Part shown: piece after piece, positions 23,197-36,400 of the stretch
Layout: each line of letters begins with the position of its first letter
How positions within the stretch are numbered: the stretch's first letter is position 1
Assembly: GCF_032444005.1 (NCBI RefSeq)
Contig: NC_091286.1
Coordinates: forward strand, 545,724,001-545,788,000
DNA length: 64,000 nt
Direction: 5' to 3'
Source: Ranitomeya imitator
Taxonomy: Eukaryota
The notes under the pieces: generated by a model
The model's database searches: none
Told to the model about the DNA's origin: nothing
Seen by the model: only the letters and a program-made list of their open reading frames with translations
Translations under genes and position numbers: made by a program

Positions 23197-24040
23197 AACG
23201 AGAGCCTGAATATAGAAGCTCAGGAAAGGCAACCTGGAGAACACCTTGGAGTGGAACACACCATCTCTCTCCACCCCATACCCATTTTGTAGGCCTAATG
23301 CTGTGTAGTTTTCTACAACTACTAAACGAGAGTCGGAAGACCGAAGCAATGGCAAGGCAACCTGGGGAACACCTTGGAGTGTAACACACCATCTCTCTCC
23401 ACCCGATACCCATTTTGTAGGCCTAATGCAGTGTAGTTTTCTACAACTACTAAACGAGAGTCGGAAGATCGAAGCAATGGCGAGGAAACCTGGAGAACAC
23501 CTTGGAGTGTAACACACCATCTCTCTCCACCCCATACCCATTTTGTAGGCCTAATGCTGTGTAGTTTTCTACAACTACTAAACGAGAGTCGGAAGACCGA
23601 AGCAATGGCAAGGCAACCTGGGGAACACCTTGGAGTGTAACACACCATCTCTCTCCACCCCATACCCATTTTGTAGGCCTAATGCAGTGTAGTTTTCTAC
23701 AACTACTAAACGAGAGTCGGAAGACCGAAGCAATGGCAAGGCAACCTGGGGAACACCTTGGAGTGTAACACACCATCTCTCTCCACCCGATACCCATTTT
23801 GTAGGCCTAATGCAGTGTAGTTTTCTACAACTACTATACGAGAGTCGGAAGATCGAAGCAATGGCGAGGAAACCTGGAGAACACCTTGGAGTGTAACACA
23901 CCATCTCTCTCCACCCCATACCCATTTTGTAGGCCTAATGCAGCCTACTTTCCGACAACTACTAAACGAGAGCATGAAGATCGAAGCTCAGGAAAGGCAA
24001 CCTGGGGAACACCTTGGAGTGTAACACACCCTCTCTCTAC
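23197..24040. repeat. 128-bp tandem repeat (~6.5 copies), with degenerate ~125-bp units upstream from ~22790
   Basis: ACGAGAG recurs in units starting at 23197, 23325, 23453, 23581, 23709, 23837 and 23965. Confidence 0.95.
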
Positions 24041-24079
24041 ACCACGGAAGGGCTGATTCTTAGGAAGGAAGGCTGTCGG

Positions 24080-24156
24080 AAAGAAGCAGGGCGCGTCCGA
24101 GGGTGATTATATTCTTATTAGGTATATACTCACCCTCGGACGCGCCCTGCTTCTTT
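24080..24156. other. Perfect 27-bp-stem hairpin with 23-nt loop
   Basis: AAAGAAGCAGGGCGCGTCCGAGGGTGA (24080-24106) and its exact reverse complement (24130-24156). Confidence 0.9.
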
Positions 24157-24495
24157 ATTTGTAATGAATGTTTATTTGCAATGTGGTTTTGACTTACTCT
24201 ATTTTTTTGGTAAATAATGATTTTATTATTTTCATTGTTTTGCATCTTCTTGGCAATAATATAAAGAAGACGCGACAGGACAACACTCGGTGGATGCCAT
24301 ATCTGTGTTTTAAATTGAAAAAAACTTTCAGTTAACTACTTGCAGGAGAAAGTTATTGTAGCTGGTGGCCATTTTTAGTACTGTACCAGATTTTTGTTGT
24401 ATGTGTTTGTTTTTAATGTTAAAATGTCTGCATTTGATATCTCTCCAGTATTTTCTTTTTTATAAGCAAAATACTTATTTTTATATTTTCTGATG

Positions 24496-27400
24496 TTGGT
24501 TCAAGGGGTACACGGGCAGCAGTAGACAGGTCAGTGGAGGCCTAGTGGAAGGAGGGACCGCAGACAGGCTTCGAAGCCCTAACATAATAAATTGGGCTGG
24601 CTGTAGGCAATTTAAAATTGGTTCCAGGGGAACCCGGGCAGCAGTAGACAGGTCAGTGGAGGCCTAGTGGAAGGAGGGACCGCAGACAGGCTTCGAAGCC
24701 CTAACATAATAAATTGGGCTGGCTGTAGGCAATTTAAAATTGGTTCCAGGGGAACCCGGGCAGCAGTAGACAGGTCAGTGGAGGCCTAGTGGAAGGAGGG
24801 ACCGCAGACAGGCTCCGAAGCCCTAACATAATAAATTGGGCTGGCTGTAGGCAGTTTAAAATTGGTTCCAGGGGAACCCGGGCAGCAGTAGACAGGTCAG
24901 TGGAGGCCTAGTGGAAGGAGGGACCGCAGACAGGCTTCGAAGCCCTAACATAATAAATTGGGCTGGCTGTAGGCAATTTAAAATTGGTTCCAGGGGAACA
25001 CGGGCAGCAGTGGCCTGGTCAGTGTAGTAGTAGTGGAAAAACGGGCCGCAGACAGGCTTCGAAGGCCTAACATAACAAAAATTGGGATGTAGGCAATTTA
25101 CAATTGGTTCCAGGGGAACACGGGCAGCAGTAGACAGGTCAGTGGAGGCCTAGTGGAAGGAGGGACCGCAGACAGGCTTCGAAGCCCTAACATAATAAAT
25201 TGGCCTGGCTGTAGGCAATTTACAATTGGTTCCAGGGGAACACGGGCGGCAGTAGACAGGTCAGTGGAGGCCTAATGGAAGGAGGGACCGCAGACAGGCT
25301 TCGAAGCCCTAACATAATAAATTGGGCTGGCTGTAGGCAATTTAAAATTGGTTCCAGGGGAACCCGGGCAGCAGTAGACAGGTCAGTGGAGGCCTAGTGG
25401 AAGGAGGGACCGCAGACAGGCTTCGAAGCCCTAACATAATAAATTGGGCTGGCTGTAGGCAATTTAAAATTGGTTCCAGGGGAACCCGGGCAGCAGTAGA
25501 CAGGTCAGTGGAGGCCTAGTGGAAGGAGGGACCGCAGACAGGCTTCGAAGCCCTAACATAATAAATTGGCCTGGCTGTAGGCAATTTACAATTGGTTCCA
25601 GGGGAACACGGGCGGCAGTAGACAGGTCAGTGGAGGCCTAGTGGAAGGAGGGACCGCAGACAGGCTTCGAAGCCCTAACATACTAAATTGGGCTGGCTGT
25701 AGGCAATTTAAAATTGGTTCCAGGGGAACCCGGGCAGCAGTAGACAGGTCAGTGGAGGCCTAGTGGAAGGAGGGACCGCAGACAGGCTTCGAAGCCCTAA
25801 CATAATAAATTGGGCTGGCTGTAGGCAATTTAAAATTGGTTCCAGGGGAACACGGGCAGCAGTGGCCTGGTCAGTGTAGTAGTAGTGGAAAAACGGGCCG
25901 CAGACAGGCTTCGAAGGCCTAACATAACAAAAATTGGGATGTAGGCAATTTACAATTGGTTCCAGGGGAACCCGGGCAGCAGTAGACAGGTCAGTGGAGG
26001 CCTAGTGGAAGGAGGGACCGCAGACAGGCTTCGAAGCCCTAACATAATAAATTGGGCTGGCTGTAGGCAATTTAAAATTGGTTCCAGGGGAACCCGGGCA
26101 GCAGTAGACAGGTCAGTGGAGGCCTAGTGGAAGGAGGGACCGCAGACAGGCTTCGAAGCCCTAACATAATAAATTGGGCTGGCTGTAGGCAATTTAAAAT
26201 TGGTTCCAGGGGAACCCGGGCAGCAGTAGACAGGTCAGTGGAGGCCTAGTGGAAGGAGGGACCGCAGACAGGCTTCGAAGCCCTAACATAATAAATTGGG
26301 CTGGCTGTAGGCAATTTAAAATTGGTTCCAGGGGAACCCGGGCAGCAGTAGACAGGTCAGTGGAGGCCTAGTGGAAGGAGGGACCGAAAACAGGCTTCGA
26401 AGCCCTAACATAATAAATTGGCCTGGCTGTAGGCAATTTACAATTGGTTCCAGGGGAACACGGGCGGCAGTAGACAGGTCAGTGGAGGCCTAGTGGAAGG
26501 AGGGACCGCAGACAGGCTTCGAAGCCCTAACATAATAAATTGGGCTGGCTGTAGGCAATTTAAAATTGGTTCCAGGGGAACCCGGGCAGCAGTAGACAGG
26601 TCAGTGGAGGCCTAGTGGAAGGAGGGACCGCAGACAGGCTTCGAAGCCCTAACATAATAAATTGGGCTGGCTGTAGGCAATTTAAAATTGGTTCCAGGGG
26701 AACCCGGGCAGCAGTAGACAGGTCAGTGGAGGCCTAGTGGAAGGAGGGACCGCAGACAGGCTTCGAAGCCCTAACATAATAAATTGGCCTGGCTGTAGGC
26801 AATTTACAATTGGTTCCAGGGGAACACGGGCGGCAGTAGACAGGTCAGTGGAGGCCTAGTGGAAGGAGGGACCGCAGACAGGCTTCGAAGCCCTAACATA
26901 ATAAATTGGGCTGGCTGTAGGCAATTTAAAATTGGTTCCAGGGGAACCCGGGCAGCAGTAGACAGATCAGTGGAGGCCTAGTGGAAGGAGGGACCGCAGA
27001 CAGGCTTCGAAGCCCTAACATAATAAATTGGGCTGGCTGTAGGCAATTTAAAATTGGTTCCAGGGGAACACGGGCAGCAGTGGCCTGGTCAGTGTAGTAG
27101 TAGTGGAAAAACGGGCCGCAGACAGGCTTCGAAGGCCTAACATAACAAAAATTGGGATGTAGGCAATTTACAATTGGTTCCAGGGGAACACGGGCAGCAG
27201 TAGACAGGTCAGTGGAGGCCTAGTGGAAGGAGGGACTGCAGACAGGCTTCGAAGCCCTAACATAATAAATTGGGCTGGCTGTAGGTAATTTAAAATTGGT
27301 TCCAGGGGAACCCGGGCAGCAGTAGACAGGTCAGTGGAGGCCTAGTGGAAGGAGGGACCGCAGACAGGCTTCAAAGCCCTAACATAATAAATTGGGCTGG

Positions 27401-30400
27401 CTGTAGGCAATTTAAAATTGGTTCCAGGGGAACCCGGGCAGCAGTAGACAGGTCAGTGGAGGCCTAGTAGAAGGAGGGACCGCAGACAGGCTTCGAAGCC
27501 CTAACATAATAAATTGGCCTGGCTGTAGGCAATTTACAATTGGTTCCAGGGGAACACGGGCGGCAGTAGACAGGTCAGTGGAGGCCTAGTGGAAGGAGGG
27601 ACCGCAGACAGGCTTCGAAGCCCTAACATAATAAATTGGGCTGGCTGTAGGCAATTTAAAATTGGTTCCAGGGGAACCCGGGCAGCAGTAGACAGGTCAG
27701 TGGAGGCCTAGTGGAAGGAGGGACCGCAGACAGGCTTCGAAGCCCTAACATAATAAATTGGGCTGGCTGTAGGCAATTTAAAATTGGTTCCAGGGGAACC
27801 CGGGCAGCAGTAGACAGGTCAGTGGAGGCCTAGTGGAAGGAGGGACCGCAGACAGGCTTCGAAGCCCTAACATAATAAATTGGGCTGGCTGTAGGCAATT
27901 TAAAATTGGTTCCAGGGGAACCCGGGCAGCAGTAGACAGGTCAGTGGAGGCCTAGTAGAAGGAGGGACCGCAGACAGGCTTCGAAGCCCTAACATAATAA
28001 ATTGGCCTGGCTGTAGGCAATTTACAATTGGTTCCAGGGGAACACGGGCGGCAGTAGACAGGTCAGTGGAGGCCTAGTGGAAGGAGGGACCGCAGACAGG
28101 CTTCAAAGCCCTAACATAATAAATTGGGCTGGCTGTAGGCATTTTAAAATTGGTTCCAGGGGAACCCGGGCAGCAGTAGACAGGTCAGTGGAGGCCTAGT
28201 GGAAGGAGGGACCGCAGACAGGCTTCGAAGCCCTAACATAATAAATTGGCCTGGCTGTAGGCAATTTACAATTGGTTCCAGGGGAACACGGGCGGCAGTA
28301 GACAGGTCAGTGGAGGCCTAGTGGAAGGAGGGACCTCAGACAGGCTTCGAAGCCCTAACATAATAAATTGGGCTGGCTGTAGGCAATTTAAAATTGGTTC
28401 CAGGGGAACCCGGGCAGCAGTAGACAGGTCAGTGGAGGCCTAGTGGAAGGAGGGACCGCAGACAGGCTTCGAAGCCCTAACATAATAAATTGGGCTAGCT
28501 GTAGGCAATTTAAAATTGGTTCCAGGGGAACACGGGCAGCAGTGGCCTGGTCAGTGTAGTAGTAGTGGAAAAACGGGCCGCAGACAGGCTTCGAAGGCCT
28601 AACATAACAAAAATTGGGATGTAGGCAATTTACAATTGGTTCCAGGGGAACACGGGCAGCAGTAGACAGGTCAGTGGAGGCCTAGTGGAAGGAGGGACCG
28701 CAGACAGGCTTCGAAGCCCTAACATAATAAATTGGGCTGGCTGTAGGTAATTTAAAATTGGTTCCAGGGGAACCCGGGCAGCAGTAGACAGGTCAGTGGA
28801 GGCCTAGTGGAAGGAGGGACCGCAGACAGGCTTCGAAGCCCTAACATAATAAATTGGGCTGGCTGTAGGTAATTTAAAATTGGTTCCAGGGGAACCCGGG
28901 CAGCAGTAGACAGGTCAGTGGAGGCCTAGTGGAAGGAGGGACCGCAGACAGGCTTCAAAGCCCTAACATAATAAATTGGGCTGGCTGTAGGCAATTTAAA
29001 ATTGGTTCCAGGGGAACCCGGGCAGCAGTAGACAGGTCAGTGGAGGCCTAGTAGAAGGAGGGACCGCAGACAGGCTTCGAAGCCCTAACATAATAAATTG
29101 GCCTGGCTGTAGGCAATTTACAATTGGTTCCAGGGGAACACGGGCGGCAGTAGACAGGTCAGTGGAGGCCTAGTGGAAGGAGGGACCGCAGACAGGCTTC
29201 GAAGCCCTAACATAATAAATTGGGCTGGCTGTAGGCAATTTAAAATTGGTTCCAGGGGAACCCGGGCAGCAGTAGACAGGTCAGTGGAGGCCTAGTGGAA
29301 GGAGGGACCGCAGACAGGCTTCGAAGCCCTAACATAATAAATTGGGCTGGCTGTAGGCAATTTAAAATTGGTTCCAGGGGAACCCGGGCAGCAGTAGACA
29401 GGTCAGTGGAGGCCTAGTGGAAGGAGGGACCGCAGACAGGCTTCGAAGCCCTAACATAATAAATTGGGCTGGCTGTAGGCAATTTAAAATTGGTTCCAGG
29501 GGAACCCGGGCAGCAGTAGACAGGTCAGTGGAGGCCTAGTAGAAGGAGGGACCGCAGACAGGCTTCGAAGCCCTAACATAATAAATTGGCCTGGCTGTAG
29601 GCAATTTACAATTGGTTCCAGGGGAACACGGGCGGCAGTAGACAGGTCAGTGGAGGCCTAGTGGAAGGAGGGACCGCAGACAGGCTTCAAAGCCCTAACA
29701 TAATAAATTGGGCTGGCTGTAGGCATTTTAAAATTGGTTCCAGGGGAACCCGGGCAGCAGTAGACAGGTCAGTGGAGGCCTAGTGGAAGGAGGGACCGCA
29801 GACAGGCTTCGAAGCCCTAACATAATAAATTGGCCTGGCTGTAGGCAATTTACAATTGGTTCCAGGGGAACACGGGCGGCAGTAGACAGGTCAGTGGAGG
29901 CCTAGTGGAAGGAGGGACCGCAGACAGGCTTCGAAGCCCTAACATAATAAATTGGGCTGGCTGTAGGCAATTTAAAATTGGTTCCAGGGGAACCCGGGCA
30001 GCAGTAGACAGGTCAGTGGAGGCCTAGTGGAAGGAGGGACCGCAGACAGGCTTCGAAGCCCTAACATAATAAATTGGGCTAGCTGTAGGCAATTTAAAAT
30101 TGGTTCCAGGGGAACACGGGCAGCAGTGGCCTGGTCAGTGTAGTAGTAGTGGAAAAACGGGCCGCAGACAGGCTTCGAAGGCCTAACATAACAAAAATTG
30201 GGATGTAGGCAATTTACAATTGGTTCCAGGGGAACACGGGCAGCAGTAGACAGGTCAGTGGAGGCCTAGTGGAAGGAGGGACCGCAGACAGGCTTCGAAG
30301 CCCTAACATAATAAATTGGGCTGGCTGTAGGTAATTTAAAATTGGTTCCAGGGGAACCCGGGCAGCAGTAGACAGGTCAGTGGAGGCCTAGTGGAAGGAG

Positions 30401-33400
30401 GGACCGCAGACAGGCTTCAAAGCCCTAACATAATAAATTGGGCTGGCTGTAGGCAATTTAAAATTGGTTCCAGGGGAACCCGGGCAGCAGTAGACAGGTC
30501 AGTGGAGGCCTAGTAGAAGGAGGGACCGCAGACAGGCTTCGAAGCCCTAACATAATAAATTGGCCTGGCTGTAGGCAATTTACAATTGGTTCCAGGGGAA
30601 CACGGGCGGCAGTAGACAGGTCAGTGGAGGCCTAGTGGAAGGAGGGACCGCAGACAGGCTTCGAAGCCCTAACATAATAAATTGGGCTGGCTGTAGGCAA
30701 TTTAAAATTGGTTCCAGGGGAACCCGGGCAGCAGTAGACAGGTCAGTGGAGGCCTAGTGGAAGGAGGGACCGCAGACAGGCTTCGAAGCCCTAACATAAT
30801 AAATTGGGCTGGCTGTAGGCAATTTAAAATTGGTTCCAGGGGAACCCGGGCAGCAGTAGACAGGTCAGTGGAGGCCTAGTGGAAGGAGGGACCGCAGACA
30901 GGCTTCGAAGCCCTAACATAATAAATTGGGCTGGCTGTAGGCAATTTAAAATTGGTTCCAGGGGAACCCGGGCAGCAGTAGACAGGTCAGTGGAGGCCTA
31001 GTAGAAGGAGGGACCGCAGACAGGCTTCGAAGCCCTAACATAATAAATTGGCCTGGCTGTAGGCAATTTACAATTGGTTCCAGGGGAACACGGGCGGCAG
31101 TAGACAGGTCAGTGGAGGCCTAGTGGAAGGAGGGACCGCAGACAGGCTTCGAAGCCCTAACATAATAAATTGGGCTGGCTGTAGGCAATTTAAAATTGGT
31201 TCCAGGGGAACCCGGGCAGCAGTAGACAGGTCAGTGGAGGCCTAGTGGAAGGAGGGACCGCAGACAGGCTTCGAAGCCCTAACATAATAAATTGGGCTGG
31301 CTGTAGGCAATTTAAAATTGGTTCCAGGGGAACCCGGGCAGCAGTAGACAGGTCAGTGGAGGCCTAGTGGAAGGAGGGACCGCAGACAGGCTTCGAAGCC
31401 CTAACATAATAAATTGGCCTGGCTGTAGGCAATTTACAATTGGTTCCAGGGGAACACGGGCGGCAGTAGACAGGTCAGTGGAGGCCTAGTGGAAGGAGGG
31501 ACCGCAGACAGGCTTCGAAGCCCTAACATAATAAATTGGGCTGGCTGTAGGCAATTTAAAATTGGTTCCAGGGGAACCCGGGCAGCAGTAGACAGGTCAG
31601 TGGAGGCCTAGTGGAAGGAGGGACCGCAGACAGGCTTCGAAGCCCTAACATAATAAATTGGGCTGGCTGTAGGCAATTTAAAATTGGTTCCAGGGGAACA
31701 CGGGCAGCAGTGGCCTGGTCAGTGTAGTAGTAGTGGAAAAACGGGCCGCAGACAGGCTTCGAAGGCCTAACATAACAAAAATTGGGATGTAGGCAATTTA
31801 CAATTGGTTCCAGGGGAACACGGGCAGCAGTAGACAGGTCAGTGGAGGCCTAGTGGAAGGAGGGACCGCAGACAGGCTTCGAAGCCCTAACATAATAAAT
31901 TGGGCTGACTGTAGGTAATTTAAAATTGGTTCCAGGGGAACCCGGGCAGCAGTAGACAGGTCAGTGGAGGCCTAGTGGAAGGAGGGACCGCAGACAGGCT
32001 TCAAAGCCCTAACATAATAAATTGGGCTGGCTGTAGGCAATTTAAAATTGGTTCCAGGGGAACCCGGGCAGCAGTAGACAGGTCAGTGGAGGCCTAGTAG
32101 AAGGAGGGACCGCAGACAGGCTTCGAAGCCCTAACATAATAAATTGGCCTGGCTGTAGGCAATTTACAATTGGTTCCAGGGGAACACGGGCGGCAGTAGA
32201 CAGGTCAGTGGAGGCCTAGTGGAAGGAGGGACCGCAGACAGGCTTCGAAGCCCTAACATAATAAATTGGGCTGGCTGTAGGCAATTTAAAATTGGTTCCA
32301 GGGGAACCCGGGCAGCAGTAGACAGGTCAGTGGAGGCCTAGTGGAAGGAGGGACCGCAGACAGGCTTCGAAGCCCTAACATAATAAATTGGGCTGGCTGT
32401 AGGCAATTTAAAATTGGTTCCAGGGGAACCCGGGCAGCAGTAGACAGGTCAGTGGAGGCCTAGTGGAAGGAGGGACCGCAGACAGGCTTCGAAGCCCTAA
32501 CATAATAAATTGGGCTGGCTGTAGGCAATTTAAAATTGGTTCCAGGGGAACCCCGGCAGCAGTAGACAGGTCAGTGGAGGCCTAGTGGAAGGAGGGACCG
32601 AAAACAGGCTTCGAAGCCCTAACATAATAAATTGGCCTGGCTGTAGGCAATTTACAATTGGTTCCAGGGGAACACGGGCGGCAGTAGACAGGTCAGTGGA
32701 GGCCTAGTGGAAGGAGGGACCGCAGACAGGCTTCGAAGCCCTAACATAATAAATTGGGCTGGCTGTAGGCAATTTAAAATTGGTTCCAGGGGAACCCGGG
32801 CAGCAGTAGACAGGTCAGTGGAGGCCTAGTGGAAGGAGGGACCGCAGACAGGCTTCGAAGCCCTAACATAATAAATTGGGCTGGCTGTAGGCAATTTAAA
32901 ATTGGTTCCAGGGGAACCCGGGCAGCAGTAGACAGGTCAGTGGAGGCCTAGTGGAAGGAGGGACCGCAGACAGGCTTCGAAGCCCTAACATAATAAATTG
33001 GCCTGGCTGTAGGCAATTTACAATTTGTTCCAGGGAAACACGGGCGGCAGTAGACAGGTCAGTGGAGGCCTAGTGGAAGGAGGGACCGCAGACAGGCTTC
33101 GAAGCCCTAACATAATAAATTGGGCTGGCTGTAGGCAATTTAAAATTGGTTCCAGGGGAACCCGGGCAGCAGTAGACAGGTCAGTGGAGGCCTAGTGGAA
33201 GGAGGGACCGCAGACAGGCTTCGAAGCCCTAACATAATAAATTGGGCTAGCTGTAGGCAATTTAAAATTGGTTCCAGGGGAACACGGGCAGCAGTGGCCT
33301 GGTCAGTGTAGTAGTAGTGGAAAAACGGGCCGCAGACAGGCTTCGAAGGCCTAACATAACAAAAATTGGGATGTAGGCAATTTACAATTGGTTCCAGGGG

Positions 33401-36400
33401 AACACGGGCAGCAGTAGACAGGTCAGTGGAGGCCTAGTGGAAGGAGGGACCGCAGACAGGCTTCGAAGCCCTAACATAATAAATTGGGCTGGCTGTAGGT
33501 AATTTAAAATTGGTTCCAGGGGAACCCGGGCAGCAGTAGACAGGTCAGTGGAGGCCTAGTGGAAGGAGGGACCGCAGACAGGCTTCAAAGCCCTAACATA
33601 ATAAATTGGGCTGGCTGTAGGCAATTTAAAATTGGTTCCAGGGGAACCCGGGCAGCAGTAGACAGGTCAGTGGAGGCCTAGTAGAAGGAGGGACCGCAGA
33701 CAGGCTTCGAAGCCCTAACATAATAAATTGGCCTGGCTGTAGGCAATTTACAATTGGTTCCAGGGGAACACGGGCGGCAGTAGACAGGTCAGTGGAGGCC
33801 TAGTGGAAGGAGGGACCGCAGACAGGCTTCGAAGCCCTAACATATTAAATTGGGCTGGCTGTAGGCAATTTAAAATTGGTTCCAGGGGAACCCGGGCAGC
33901 AGTAGACAGGTCAGTGGAGGCCTAGTGGAAGGAGGGACCGCAGACAGGCTTCGAAGCCCTAACATAATAAATTGGGCTGGCTGTAGGCAATTTAAAATTG
34001 GTTCCAGGGGAACCCGGGCAGCAGTAGACAGGTCAGTGGAGGCCTAGTGGAAGGAGGGACCGCAGACAGGCTTCGAAGCCCTAACATAATAAATTGGGCT
34101 GGCTGTAGGCAATTTAAAATTGGTTCCAGGGGAACCCGGGCAGCAGTAGACAGGTCAGTGGAGGCCTAGTAGAAGGAGGGACCGCAGACAGGCTTCGAAG
34201 CCCTAACATAATAAATTGGCCTGGCTGTAGGCAATTTACAATTGGTTCCAGGGGAACACGGGCGGCAGTAGACAGGTCAGTGGAGGCCTAGTGGAAGGAG
34301 GGACCGCAGACAGGCTTCAAAGCCCTAACATAATAAATTGGGCTGGCTGTAGGCATTTTAAAATTGGTTCCAGGGGAACCCGGGCAGCAGTAGACAGGTC
34401 AGTGGAGGCCTAGTGGAAGGAGGGACCGCAGACAGGCTTCGAAGCCCTAACATAATAAATTGGCCTGGCTGTAGGCAATTTACAATTGGTTCCAGGGGAA
34501 CACGGGCGGCAGTAGACAGGTCAGTGGAGGCCTAGTGGAAGGAGGGACCGCAGACAGGCTTCGAAGCCCTAACATAATAAATTGGGCTGGCTGTAGGCAA
34601 TTTAAAATTGGTTCCAGGGGAACCCGGGCAGCAGTAGACAGGTCAGTGGAGGCCTAGTGGAAGGAGGGACCGCAGACAGGCTTCGAAGCCCTAACATAAT
34701 AAATTGGGCTAGCTGTAGGCAATTTAAAATTGGTTCCAGGGGAACACGGGCAGCAGTGGCCTGGTCAGTGTAGTAGTAGTGGAAAAACGGGCCGCAGACA
34801 GGCTTCGAAGGCCTAACATAACAAAAATTGGGATGTAGGCAATTTACAATTGGTTCCAGGGGAACACGGGCAGCAGTAGACAGGTCAGTGGAGGCCTAGT
34901 GGAAGGAGGGACCGCAGACAGGCTTCGAAGCCCTAACATAATAAATTGGGCTGGCTGTAGGTAATTTAAAATTGGTTCCAGGGGAACCCGGGCAGCAGTA
35001 GACAGGTCAGTGGAGGCCTAGTGGAAGGAGGGACCGCAGACAGGCTTCAAAGCCCTAACATAATAAATTGGGCTGGCTGTAGGCAATTTAAAATTGGTTC
35101 CAGGGGAACCCGGGCAGCAGTAGACAGGTCAGTGGAGGCCTAGTGGAAGGAGGGACCGCAGACAGGCTTCGAAGCCCTAACATAATAAATTGGGCTGGCT
35201 GTAGGCAATTTAAAATTGGTTCCAGGGGAACCCGGGCAGCAGTAGACAGGTCAGTGGAGGCCTAGTGGAAGGAGGGACCGCAGACAGGCTTCGAAGCCCT
35301 AACATAATAAATTGGGCTGGCTGTAGGTAATTTAAAATTGGTTCCAGGGGAACCCGGGCAGCAGTAGACAGGTCAGTGGAGGCCTAGTGGAAGGAGGGAC
35401 CGCAGACAGGCTTCAAAGCCCTAACATAATAAATTGGGCTGGCTGTAGGCAATTTAAAATTGGTTCCAGGGGAACCCGGGCAGCAGTAGACAGGTCAGTG
35501 GAGGCCTAGTAGAAGGAGGGACCGCAGACAGGCTTCGAAGCCCTAACATAATAAATTGGCCTGGCTGTAGGCAATTTACAATTGGTTCCAGGGGAACACG
35601 GGCGGCAGTAGACAGGTCAGTGGAGGCCTAGTGGAAGGAGGGACCGCAGACAGGCTTCGAAGCCCTAACATAATAAATTGGGCTGGCTGTAGGCAATTTA
35701 AAATTGGTTCCAGGGGAACCCGGGCAGCAGTAGACAGGTCAGTGGAGGCCTAGTGGAAGGAGGGACCGCAGACAGGCTTCGAAGCCCTAACATAATAAAT
35801 TGGGCTGGCTGTAGGCAATTTAAAATTGGTTCCAGGGGAACCCGGGCAGCAGTAGACAGGTCAGTGGAGGCCTAGTGGAAGGAGGGACCGCAGACAGGCT
35901 TCGAAGCCCTAACATAATAAATTGGGCTGGCTGTAGGCAATTTAAAATTGGTTCCAGGGGAACCCGGGCAGCAGTAGACAGGTCAGTGGAGGCCTAGTAG
36001 AAGGAGGGACCGCAGACAGGCTTCGAAGCCCTAACATAATAAATTGGCCTGGCTGTAGGCAATTTACAATTGGTTCCAGGGGAACACGGGCGGCAGTAGA
36101 CAGGTCAGTGGAGGCCTAGTGGAAGGAGGGACCGCAGACAGGCTTCAAAGCCCTAACATAATAAATTGGGCTGGCTGTAGGCATTTTAAAATTGGTTCCA
36201 GGGGAACCCGGGCAGCAGTAGACAGGTCAGTGGAGGCCTAGTGGAAGGAGGGACCGCAGACAGGCTTCGAAGCCCTAACATAATAAATTGGCCTGGCTGT
36301 AGGCAATTTACAATTGGTTCCAGGGGAACACGGGCGGCAGTAGACAGGTCAGTGGAGGCCTAGTGGAAGGAGGGACCGCAGACAGGCTTCGAAGCCCTAA

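Noticed and set aside
23065-23975. Repeated ~115-aa ORFs
   Set aside because: Products of the 128-bp tandem repeat; no protein motif recognised.
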